This document shows, one piece after another, positions 27,601-40,191 of a stretch of DNA of 64,000 nt. Source of the stretch: Diadema antillarum (Eukaryota). A program made the translations under genes and the position numbers. Every line of letters begins with the position of its first letter. Within the stretch, counting starts at the first letter, position 1. The stretch is taken from positions 310,001 through 374,000 of the forward strand of contig NW_027272270.1 of NCBI RefSeq assembly GCF_040938485.1, written 5' to 3'. The notes beneath the pieces are model-generated. The model did not search any database. It saw only the letters and a program-made list of their open reading frames with translations, and was not told the origin of the DNA.

Positions 27601-30600
27601 AACCTCTCTTCCACTTCCCTGACTAGAGTATGAGAAAAGGGGAGTTGGATAATTGTTCGAGTTATGTTCAAGCGAACTTGTTTCTCCCACAGTTCATAAT
27701 GAGGTTAAGTTTGAATAATGATAAACCCGCACAAAAGCTGACAGTCTGCGTAGAGATGAAGCTTTGAAGATTTTTGAGCGGCGAAAGAAACTGCAATTGA
27801 CGATCTGAACTGAAAGCTCAGATTAGAAATACAAAACAAAACAAAAACAAAACAAAAACAAAAACAAAAATAAAAACAAAAACAGAAAATGACGTTATCA
27901 TAATATAGCAGTGATCAAAGTACGTTCTCGAGGCTTGTCGATAATATCAATGTAATTTCCGGTATGGCTTGATGGTGCATTATAGCATTGATTCACTATT
28001 TCGCACAGAATAAATGAACCCAACAAAACAAACAAAGAAGCAACTACAACTAAACAAACAAACAAACGAACCTAACAGAGTTCGAGGATGTACGTCGAGT
28101 TTTGATCATGTGACTCGTGTTGCGTTGAGAAGGGTGCGTTGAGGCCGTCACTTCTCATACTAAGTATCTTCGCACCCGCCGCGTCTCTTGACTTTTTATC
28201 TGCCTTATCCAATAGAGCTACAACGAATGGACTTCTCATCAAATCCGCCTTTGTACACGGACCTAGTATACATATGTATACGTATGCGTCTACACATACA
28301 GCCTGACCTCCCCTATCCGGAAATGTCGGGACCGGCGCTAATTCGGATAAAGGATTTGGCCGGATATGGGAGACTGGATATTTTACACACAGATGCCTAC
28401 TTAATGGTAGCTTTAACGTGTGTATAAACATCAATTTTGGGTGAACATGTCCCGTCATCGTCAGCTAGTCTGCGTTCAGAATTCTCTGATAATTTGCTCA
28501 ATGAACGATTGCCTGTACGTACCATGCTCTGATTTAATGAAAAGTTTTCTGTCCATGTTTCTGCGGTGATTTGGAGGTAGTGAATGTCTGAATGCATGTT
28601 ATTTGATGATGAAAATTAGGTGTGAATATATCTCACTTTTGTTGAGGATAATATATGCAATCTGTGTGAGGTAAGGAATTTTGTTGAGTTTGAAATCCCC
28701 TTTCTCCCCGTAATTACTACACTGGGAAAACATCACGCTTAGACCGCATCCGGGTAATTGAGAGATTCGGATAGTAAATGAAGGCCGGGTAGGAGAGGTC
28801 GGACTGTACATGCATGAACATTAGTATTTTTTTTTAAATTGTAATCTACTAATGTTGGTGCTGTTGTTGTTTTCTGATTTCTGATAGTTTTTTCAGATTT
28901 CAAAAATACCTTAAAGCCATAGGATGATTATGCACAGGTATTATTTTGTACAGCTGTATTTTACATGTTTGCAAAACGATATTTCAAAGATACCTGAAAG
29001 CCATTTATATACGAACTGCACAGATATTTGTACAACTTTATTTTGTTTCTATGGATGCAAAACGATAAAAAAAAAACAGTTGACAGGCAAAATTATTATT
29101 CTCTTCTCCACCTTTAACAATGTTTGCTGACGACTTACGGATATAGGAAATGTGATCCATAACTATAGTAACGGACCAGCAGAGTTACGCCTTTTACCAC
29201 AATCAATAATACATGCCAGGTGTGTTTACTCTGACGTTGTTGAACCGTGTTTTTTGTACAGTATCGGATAAAATAAATCATGTATGTGACGTGTTTTCTT
29301 TTGTCATTAATCAATTCGCGCCATCACTCAATTCAGGAGAGTCCCTTTCTGTGCCTTGCAAAGAGCGTTACATCAGTTCGTTATTCCGAAGGTTCGTTCA
29401 TACCTGATTTAGGGTGCCTTGCAGTAGAAACCTGGCTACGATTCATATGTTGGTTTGTGTTTGTTTGTTTGTTTATTTGTTTTGAACAAATATGGTTTTT
29501 AGCCATCGTGAAATGTGAAAATATGCGTATCAACATTTGAGTTGGACAGTGACATCGGAAAACATGAAAATTATCTTATCGAGAATAATAAAGATGAATT
29601 AAGGAACCAGAATCTATCAATATTCACATTCACATTCACATTAAACAGACAGATATAAGATGATTTATGGGGAGGTACATTCTAGGATTTAAAAGCAGAT
29701 TAATCCTGTTGGAGTTCAGTTTTCATTTTTAAGCTAGGTATAAACGTTTGGACTATACGTATACCTCATAAATGAGCTAAAACTTTAATTTGCCCAGTCA
29801 TGTGTGAAATGCGAAAGAGAACGTTTTTATTGTCATTCTAAAGTTTTGGTAGGTGGGGTTTAGAGCGTGCGGTGCGCACTTGTATAGTTACATATGTTAT
29901 TATACTCTCTAATTTCATACAATATTATCCCAATATTAAATGGGTTAGTCAAATATCGGTTAGTGATTGGCTAAACACAGTCACGTGATGGAGGCATATT
30001 GGTTACGTTCGCCCATGGGCAGAACATTTTTATAATGTTCTCCTATGGGAAAACATTTTCACGTAACAAATCACAAACGATACCAAACGATTTCACGCAA
30101 TCGATAGGATAAATTTGCCTAACCCATGACTAACCCATATGATATTACAGATGATGACTTTTGTTGTCGGGAACATGTACCAAACGTTCCACCCTCAAGG
30201 TTTGAAATGTTATTTCGGGAGGCTATATGTCCCTCGACTTCGTCTCGGGACTTATAACCTCCCTCAAAACAATGGGTATGTTCCCTCCCCCGCCAGTCAT
30301 CATCTACTGTACACAAGTACGATGGTGGTCAGTTCTACCTGTTTATGCAGTGATGGCAAGATTTCCTCGAACAATGCTTAATCCTACCAGTGCATGCAAC
30401 GATGTTGAAAACTCTTCTCTTGAAAATGAGGAGACCATTCAAGGCTGACTATGGCCATGCATGGTCACATTATCCACCATTCCAGATTTTTTACATCAAT
30501 TTTTTATATCATAATAATATAGTAAATATCATAATCGTGTCATGAAAACTCGTAAAGTTACGCATCTTGTCTGCATTCACTTATGCAACTAGCCACTGTA

Positions 30601-33600
30601 CTGACACCTTTTCAAAATATTTTCTGGTTACCGCGCTTAAGTTTCCCTTCTATTCTTCAACTTCAATTAAAATTGTACATTAGCGAGTAGTTCAAATTTG
30701 CAGAGGCAATGTGACTGTTGCCTATTAATGTTTACTATTACATGCCGCCACGATGAACATCAACAAATTGTCAAATTCCTTTTCCTTGTAGTATGTTTGT
30801 TTGTTTTTTTGATCGGATACAAGCCCAATAAAATTTGTCCTGCTTGCACATTATGTGATATAATTATGTGTTTCGCAACTTATTAGATGATTCATGTGCT
30901 TATAATGCATGTTTGAAGCAATCATCATGGAATTATATTCTGGTAATATAATATACTGGTAATTTCTCTTGAGGTCTGGTGGCAACCGTTGTTTCACTGA
31001 GTGGAAAGAGAACTATCCGGGTCACTTTTATTGGAGGAAAACAGACAAAATGGCAGCCCAAGTGCTAGTGCTAACATTAGCGCAGCTGTGCATATCAACT
31101 TTGCAGCGATTATGATTACTCAGATAAAAAGCCGCATCATAAACCTCTATATGATTTATAGTGGTTTTGATTCAGATTGTGACGAAATCTGTTCGGATCA
31201 AGTGCTCAATCATTTTGAGCCGTATGGCACGGAAAAATAAGTTTTTACATTTCGGGATTCAATTTTCATAAAGCCAACTGGGGAGTTCGAGCGAAAACAA
31301 CTGTTACAATGTCTCAAAATGTGTTTTGTATGCTGTAACTTTTGAAGGTGATAGTAATTGTCTTCAATTGTATATGTATAGATGGATGCTGTATCTAATC
31401 TCGAAGCATCGATAAAAATGACGAATTCACTGTGTTTGCGTAGAAGGGGAAAAGGCATTGGGAAAAATGAAAAGAAAAGAAAAGAAAAGAAAAAGAAAAC
31501 AGATACTAAAAGAATACTGTTTATCTGTATTCGAATTCGTATCCCGACGATTTATTTCGTACAGCGTTATGTGCTGTAAACACTAACAAGTGTAATAAAG
31601 GCGTCATTAACTGGGAATGATGTGAATAACTTGTGCATGATTTTGGAACAACAACAAACAAACCCTGTGTACAGCTTCCATAATTAGGGGTAATCTTATG
31701 AGGGAAAGGGGAAGAGAAGCAGGTGGTATAGAGCATATAAGTAACATAACGCGAATTTGATGGGAAAATCTTCTGACTGCCTGTGTAGGAGGGTTACCAC
31801 CAGGATGAATTATGTTTTTCTTGCATAATACCGGGATACCCGATCTAGGCTATAACACACAGCACCACCCAGCAGAAATTTACAAATTTTTAATCGAAAG
31901 AAAGAAGACTAAGAATTTGAAAGACAACGAGATATTGCTACCATTTTGTAAGATGCCTTCAGGTTTCCAACATATTTGTGAGATAATGAGATTATGAAAA
32001 TAATATGAAAAAAAGATACAATTCTAAGAGGAATTCCAAGTTTATTTGTTTTTTAAAAAATGGTTGTGAAATGGCTGAGATATCCAAAACCAAAGAGGTC
32101 TTATCAAAAGATGAGACCCACCTTTGATTAGACCCACTTTGTTTTTGGATATTTCAGCCATTCAAAAGCCGAGTTTCATCAAGATAAACCTAGAAATCCT
32201 CTAGGAATTATGTTCTGTAATATTTTGTATATGGTTTCCCCTTATCTCGCCAAAGGTCGAAATCTGAATTTACCTTCTCAACCAAAACTATACCATCCCT
32301 TTAACCATTTCCATATGCAAGCCGATTACAGCAATATTTTTATTTTCTCCCATAAATATAATAATGCTCATGTTGTCGTGTGCTTTAATGGACCCATCGT
32401 CATGTGTCGTGCCGTGATATTTTCTCTAATTGTGTCCCTGTGCGTTGTTTTTATGACATCTGTATTTGACTGGTTATCTCCACTGGGCAAATTAGATTGT
32501 TTAAGGTGTATTGTCTGCGGAGCTGTTTATGATCTCGGCCCGTAAACTGCAGATGAATGTCTCTCAGTGCAGTGTTTGCTATATCAGGGAGGTGAGCACC
32601 TCCCTGGCTATATAGATGCACACGGCGTTGTATGGAAGAACTATTGGGCTTACAACACACACGGTATAATATATTAGGAGTGTTGGGTGCCTTAGACTTT
32701 TTCTTTTATAGACAAAGACAGAACAAAGATGATATCTACACCAAACAATTTCTCAGTCACACGAATACATTAAGCAGGTCATTCTTTTACATGTAATTCT
32801 TTGAACTAATCGCCATCTTTTCGATTCTTGTCACGTCCCGACTCGTAATCAGGATTGCGATGATACATCTGCCGAAATACACCTTCCCATGGCAACCAAG
32901 TGTAGGAACCATTTTAAACTTCGTGTTCATATTCGCGCCGATGAGAAGCCCGCATTCAAACAAGGCTAATAGCATGATGCATCGTGACGCGGATAACGAA
33001 ATGCCGCACGCATCATCGTCGAGAAGGCTAAATAAAACGTCGTTAGTGAAGGCATCAATCAGAAAACCTTGTATAATACCTGATAAAAACCGATGGTGAG
33101 GGTGTTGATTGATAAAAGCGTTTAGAATCTTGACTACCACCTCAGGAGGCTGGTAGTCTGGCCGAAAGAAGTCCGATACCGCTCTCGACGTTGTTTTCCA
33201 TATTGGACTGAAGCTCGCGTGAGCTTGTTGAGTGAGAGTCTCCCCAATCGTTGCGGGATTCCTGAATCATAATATTCCGACCTTCGCAATACATAGTCTC
33301 CCCATGATACAGGCCCTTTAAGAAACACTTGGCCTTTTTGGCAAATTCTATGCAGACATGGAAAATCTACTTACATGTGTACTAGTCTTTGTGTACACAA
33401 GTCAATACTTCGTAAACCGATGTATAGATCGAATATACATTGTACTGTGCTTTCGTTCTCCACACTTTCTCAACCTATCGCCTTCCACGCACAGCACGTG
33501 ACATGGTGGTGTGTAATGATTTCGAAGTAAACATTCCGCGCTATATGATTCATCATCGTACTTACACGTGTCCCCATGTACACATGTGTTCGTTTTTTGT

Positions 33601-36600
33601 TTTTTGTTTCGTTTTGTTTGTTTTTTCTTACATCGTTCTTGGTGAACTGAAACAACAACCAAAAATGTACAGGTGTGACAGAGAACTAAAGGTGACGCTC
33701 ACAACGATAAACTGTGTCAAATACAGGCATGACGTCATTAGTCTCATTTCTCAATTTGCCTATCTTTAAAGTCTAATCTCCTTCGTCACAAAGATTGTGT
33801 TTAAAGCAGGGTCCTATCAATGCACAATCATATTCGAGTAGAATCAAACAAACAGAAGTGTTTCTGTTTCACCAACATCGAAGAACAAGAAGTGGTATGC
33901 AATTATGTCAAGGCTTTACTCATTTCAACGAAATGAATATAATGAGTAGCAACCACTTAATGTAAATTAGATGACGTAATAATATCCAAGCCTGACAAGT
34001 ACAAGTCCCCATCTCCATCTACTTGACAGAGCAACGAACTCGAGCATCCCATCAGATCTCTATGCAGGCAAGCCCTCGAAAAACTGTTCAACTTTTATTT
34101 TAAAGCTGGGCAAATAATTTCAGCTGATGTCAATCGATAGTGAAGCCAAACCTTGCATCCTGTTACTCTTTCAGGAAATATCAGAATCGATTTGCGTAAA
34201 ATAATCGATACCTGCAACTAAGTGGACCACCTGAACTCGTGTTTAATAACATTATGACAATATAGATTCATGTGATCTTGTATAGCGCAAAATTGATAGC
34301 GCTGTTCTCCATTTTCATTAAATGCTCAAAGCGCTTTACTAACCAAGTAAAAGATCAGAAGAAATTCAAACTAATAAGAAAATAATAATTTGAGTATTTT
34401 GAGAGTCTGTTAATCTGTCAGTCTGTCACTCAGCGCACACAGATAAACAACACAATTATAAGACATAAGGAAGAATTGTTGGTTCTTCAGACACGGATGC
34501 GGAAGCGAGTTTCACATGTGTTGACCCAGCATGGCTAAAAGCCCCCCCCCCCCCCCCTTCTCCTGTAGAACGAATTATATACAAGACTGGAAGTGGAGGT
34601 TAATGTTTGTGTGGGGATGGTGATGAAAAAAAATGTAATATTCAACGATACTAATTATACTAGGAAGATGTTCCAATAATAATGTACACTGTGATTCTGT
34701 AGGTAGCTTCCGTAATATCAGAAAGTAGGCCTTTACCGATATCAAGTCTTGAGGAAACTAGCGGGTGGGGGATGTGTTTATAAGTATCTATTTCAACTCG
34801 GTATATTTCAATCTGCTATATTTTGCAATAAATAACGTAAAATACGCTTGGTAACTTAAAATGGCGAAATATATGACTGGTATGTTTGTATATTGTTTCC
34901 CAAGCCGGAAGTGCTCAGCTCAATGTGAAGATATGGTGACAGTGGTCTATCTCTGCCAGATCCTTAGGTACTTCCTCGTTCTCTTTTTGCTTGTGATGTG
35001 TCTAATACGGTGGTGTCTGATAGATAATTCGGGTATAATATGTCGGCAATATAAAAATGTGTCTCTTACACATACTAACTTGCAATGGCAATTCATTTTG
35101 ATGTCACCATACTGACAAAGACTGTTTCGATTTGTTTGTTGATTTGTTTTTATTGTTTGGCACTTACCATGATATGTTTCTGCCGTCTTCTCGCGCTCTG
35201 CAGGGTTTACAAGGCAACGCTGATAAGGATTACGTTGACGCATTGACCAAGGCATTCGAGGTGATCCCTGACCCCCAGCGGTTTATGACGCGGAACTTAT
35301 CAACATGCTTGCGGTGCGCCGTCGTCGGTAACTCCGGAAATTTGCGGGGCAGCGGATACGGCGAACTGATCGACTCACACGACGCAGTCATAAGGTATCT
35401 ATGGAATGCTAAACAGCTTCCACGCCGTATTGAAGTTAAAGGGGGAAGTTTTTCCTGCTTTCTTTTCATTGAATGCAGTAAGAGGAAAGAGGAGCGAAAC
35501 CCACCAGGAAGAGTTTGAGAAAAACTGAACAATCCATTTTTGGTGAACACAAACCAGAAACGATTGTATCGTGTAAATCAACAAACAGTCAAAGGAACTG
35601 AAACGACTTTAATAGCATAGGTCTAATAATCTTCATTATCATATTTGTCTATAATTCATCCTTATCTTATCAATCAGTATAGCATCACCGGCAATACTAC
35701 ATGTACTAATAAAATAGATAATAAAAGTGATGATAGTTCTGATAGTATTCATAGCAAGTGGTCGTAGAAGTTACTAAGTCGTTGTAGTACATTATCATAA
35801 CCATGATATTTGTTACCATCAACATCGAAATCGAAAAGAAATATGGCTGTTCTATTGTTGGTAGCTCTCATCATTATTTTGTCAGCGTAATCATGATATA
35901 CAATGATGAATTCTCCCTGCCAGAATTAACCAGGCCAAGACAAAGGGGTTCGAGAAGGACGTGGGCGGCCGGGAGGACTATCGCCTGATGTACCCGGAGA
36001 GCTACATGGACATTCCCGCCGAGAGTAACTTCATTCTGCTCAACTTCAAGATACTCGACATCAAATGGGCCACGAGCGCCCTCACTACGGGGGAGGTGAA
36101 ACGGTACGATGTTATTACTTCCTAACGCTGGGAGATTTAAACAAAAATAGAAAAATACGAATAGGGGCCTAGATGGAGAGTTTCATAGCAAAATGAGCTA
36201 AGCACCATTTATGAATATTTGAAAGTACCCGTAAATCCATCTTCGGACTGAGCGAAATAAAATATTTCCGGTAATACCTCATCTAAAACATTTAGGGTAT
36301 TTTTGAAGACATGATTAGAATTATCCCCCATTTTTTATCTTTTTTTTTTTTTTTTTTTTTGGGGGGGGGGGGGTCTTTTCAGCAGTATTTAATCGCAAAT
36401 ATCACAAATTTACTTAACAAGAATGGAGTCGGCGCGTTTTGCGATACATACATGTGATACATAAACACGCACAGACCAAGGGGGTTCAAGACGAACGTAC
36501 ACAAACATACACCCACACAAACATTGACAAACATAAGGCAAAAGACACTAGTTTTTCTTCATTTACATTTTCTTTCCATTTGCCCCAAATGAAGTGAAGT

Positions 36601-36964
36601 GAACTTTGTCAAAATTGTTTAGTCATCTCCTGTGTCTGTTTGAACTGCCAATCCATGTGGAAAGTACTTTGGAACAACGTTTGGGAGGACTTTTTTGATA
36701 GTTTGTGGCTGTTTTTATTTCCAGGATTTCTTTGATTTTACTTTTCACGGCAAAACACTGTTCATAAGTTTCTTATATCATTTAACAGTTACGAAGTCTA
36801 TAAAAAATGAACTTTTCATCTCAGTAGAAAATCAACAATACATTATTTTATTATCGTGCAATGAAATCGCCGTTATGAAATTTCAAAAATGTAAGGAATA
36901 TTTGAAAGGAAAGGCAAGACAGAATAGATTATAAATTGTGACTTCTGTCATCGCTAATTCTGAG

Positions 36965-37038
<74 letters not shown>

Positions 37039-40000
37039 TACCTACTTTGGCACAATCAAAGTACATAACGGTCAAAAAATGAACGCCAAAGTATGAACAG
37101 GATGGATCACTATTACTCAACTTTACATAAGATTTATGCAAGATACTTCAGCAGGGTTTGAAGAGAGGCACAAAACGGGTTCAAACTAATTTGTTCGGAT
37201 ACTAATTCAAGTAAACTGTGATCTTATAAGATCGTGCAGTGGTGACTAAAATTGTTAGAATACTTGCAAATTTGTGATTATATTTTCACCGCAAGTCTAC
37301 CAGAGAGAGATATATCTTCATTAGTGCATCCATTTGAATGTTGTCAAGGAATATGAAATTATAGTTATTAGTCTTGCTATAAATCTCAAAAACTAAATAT
37401 GAGTAATTAATCAATTGAGTGCCTACATACACTGTTCCCGAAAAAAAAAAATCGTGGTCAGTATTCGATTTTTGTGTTTGTTCCCTAGTTGTTCCTGATG
37501 ATTTCACAGATAGTGTTATGTGTATACTGTTCTCTGAGACGCTTCTACAAACAATTCCAATCGAAGCTAGACTTTATGACAGTCATAATGATATATTTAA
37601 TCAAATTAAATTGAAAAGTGATTTCGTTTCTTTCAATATTGCACATTACTGCATTTGCTTTTCTTCACTTTTACCTACTTCCTTTCTTATTGTTTTTTTC
37701 GTTTGTCTTTGCAGAACGTATATGGCCGTCAGATCAAAAATAAACGTTCCCCCGTCAAAGGTTAGTGAAACCCTTTTCCTCTTCCCCATGGGTACAATGT
37801 CGCAAAGTAAGATTAGAATGTAAGAGGTAGCAAATGCTTCTCGTTCGTAGAGAACGCCTGGCAGCCAAAATACACGTCTCTTATAAAGGTGTGGGGTTTT
37901 TTTTAGTAGTGTCCTTGTACCAATGAAATGGACTGAAGCTCTAAAATGACGTGCAGATGGTGATCCTTAACTTCGAGGATAAGCTAAGTACGAAGATAAG
38001 CTATGCTCTTAGTTAATAACGGTGCGCCAAGTGTCGTATTGTCTCTCTTTCGTCACGAAAAAACAATTTGTCATGTCGTGACGAAATTGACGTTGTCACT
38101 TGTCAACGGAGAACATCTCCGTCACAAAATTATCGTTTCGTGATAGAATGACAATTTTGTGACGAAAGAAACAATGCGACACTTGGCGATCCATGCTTAA
38201 CTACGAGCTTATTCTCGAAGTTAGCTTATCCTCGAACTTAAGGATCACAGTCTGAACGTAATCAAGTGTGGATATACACTGTAAAAACATCGGTGTTAGA
38301 TTTAACACCACGGGTGTTAAATCTAACACCGATCAAACTTCAATAAAGGACCACACCCACAGGTGTTAAAAATGCACTATGATGGTGTTGAAAAGTGTTC
38401 ACCTGACACTTCGTGGTGTTAATTTGACACTGTACCTGGTGTTATTTTGACACTGTACTGGTGTTAATTCAAAAATGACACCACATGGTGTTGATTTGAT
38501 ATTTGTTGGTGTTTATATCAATGGTTTAACACCCGTCCAGCTTCAATAAGAGACCACACCAGCTGGTGTTACTTTGGTGTAAATTTATTTTCACATTTTC
38601 TCGAAAATCTAGTATTTTAACGTAAAATTCTTGATCGTCTTGTTTAAATTAAAAATCAACAAGAAGTGCAGTTACTAAGAAACTCTTCAAAAAACAGTTT
38701 AAAATTTGGAAATGACACCCGGGGGTGTTAATTTAACACCATAAATGAGCACCGAAAAATTAACACCAGCTCGGTGTTCACTATTTAACACCGGACTTTT
38801 TGCAGTGTAGGAAGCAGATGAATGCAGAGTATCTATACGTGATGATAGACATGCAAATGACACCTAAATGACCGTATACTTCTTTTTTGACTGGCAGTAC
38901 CTGGTCATCCTTAAAAAGACGAAACTAAATCAAAATCAAACAACTGAAAACGGTTCAGATCAATTAGATATCAAAAGGCATATCATAAGTTTAGAGTAGG
39001 GCCTACATGACCGCGCAAGGTGATCGATAAGTGATAAAATCCGCGGATAGCTGTGACATCAAAACAAATGCGATTGAAGGTCTCGTTCATAATCATTGAT
39101 TGGAGTGAAGCCGGGAGGCATTTACGAAGTTTTGGGTGTTTGAATTCGTGCAGATGCTGTTCTTTAACCCTGAGCTGATGTGGCATATTCACCACGACTG
39201 GATCGACAAGAAGGGGCGATATCCTTCCTCGGGAACTCTCGGTACTTTCTTCGCCCTGCAGTTCTGTGACGAGGTAAGTAGGAATGGGTCATCCCACGAG
39301 CTGGACATCCACGAGTCGTACGGTACTCTAGCTAGACATTGAAAAGAAGGTCCACGAGTCATACAGCCCACGAGTCATACAGCCCACGAGTCATACAGCC
39401 CATGAGCTAGACAGTAAAAAAAGGTCCATGTGTCATACAGCCCACAAGTCATACAGCCCATGAGCTAGACAACAAGTAAAACAGGTCCACTAGCTGTAGA
39501 CACTAAGTTAAAACAGGCCCGTGGGGTAGACACCAGGCAAGATAGGTCCATAAGCTCGACATTAGGCAAATAAGGCCCACGAGCTCAAAAGAAAGGCCCA
39601 TGAGCTACGTACATTAAACCAGCCCCGTGACGTAACGTCGAACTCATGGATCTTTTCCCCCCTAGTGTCTAGCCTTTAAACAAGGCGACTCGCTCTGCGT
39701 GCCCCCGTATAGCGCGTTTACCCCACGAACCTGTTGGCCGGCGAGTGGAGCGAGCCACCTTTATCCACTCGTTCAGGGATGTGTACTTTTGTCGTTGTTG
39801 TTGCTTTATATTCTTTGACAAATTTGCGTACAAATTTGACGCAGAAAATACACACGGCACCAAGGCAAGCCTCGTTAATATTAAGTAACTATTCTTATTC
39901 TACTTAATATTAACGAGGCTTGCCTTGGTGCCGTGTGTATTTTCTGCGTCAAATTTGTACGTAAATTTGTCAAAGAATATAAAGCAACAAAAACGACAAA

Positions 40001-40153
40001 AGTACACATCCCTGAACGAGTGGATAAAGGCGGCTCGCTCCACTCGCCGGCCAACAGGTTTGTGGGGTAAACGCGCTATACGGGGGCACGCAGAGCGAGT
40101 CGCCTTGTTTAAAGGCTACCTAGTGTCGAGCCCCTGGGCTGTATTACTCATAT

Positions 40154-40191
<38 letters not shown>

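Noticed and set aside
19988-32606. Short hairpins as rho-independent terminators or miRNA precursors
   Set aside because: No U-tract, eukaryotic context, and stems too short for a pre-miRNA; flanking 7-bp duplications point to insertion instead.
40119-40136. TAGTGTCGAGCCCCTG resembling the CAGGG-MITE right TIR
   Set aside because: It aligns with the host foldback element's own arm (TAGTGTCGAACTCATGGG in the 50-kb copy); there is no partner TIR or TSD.
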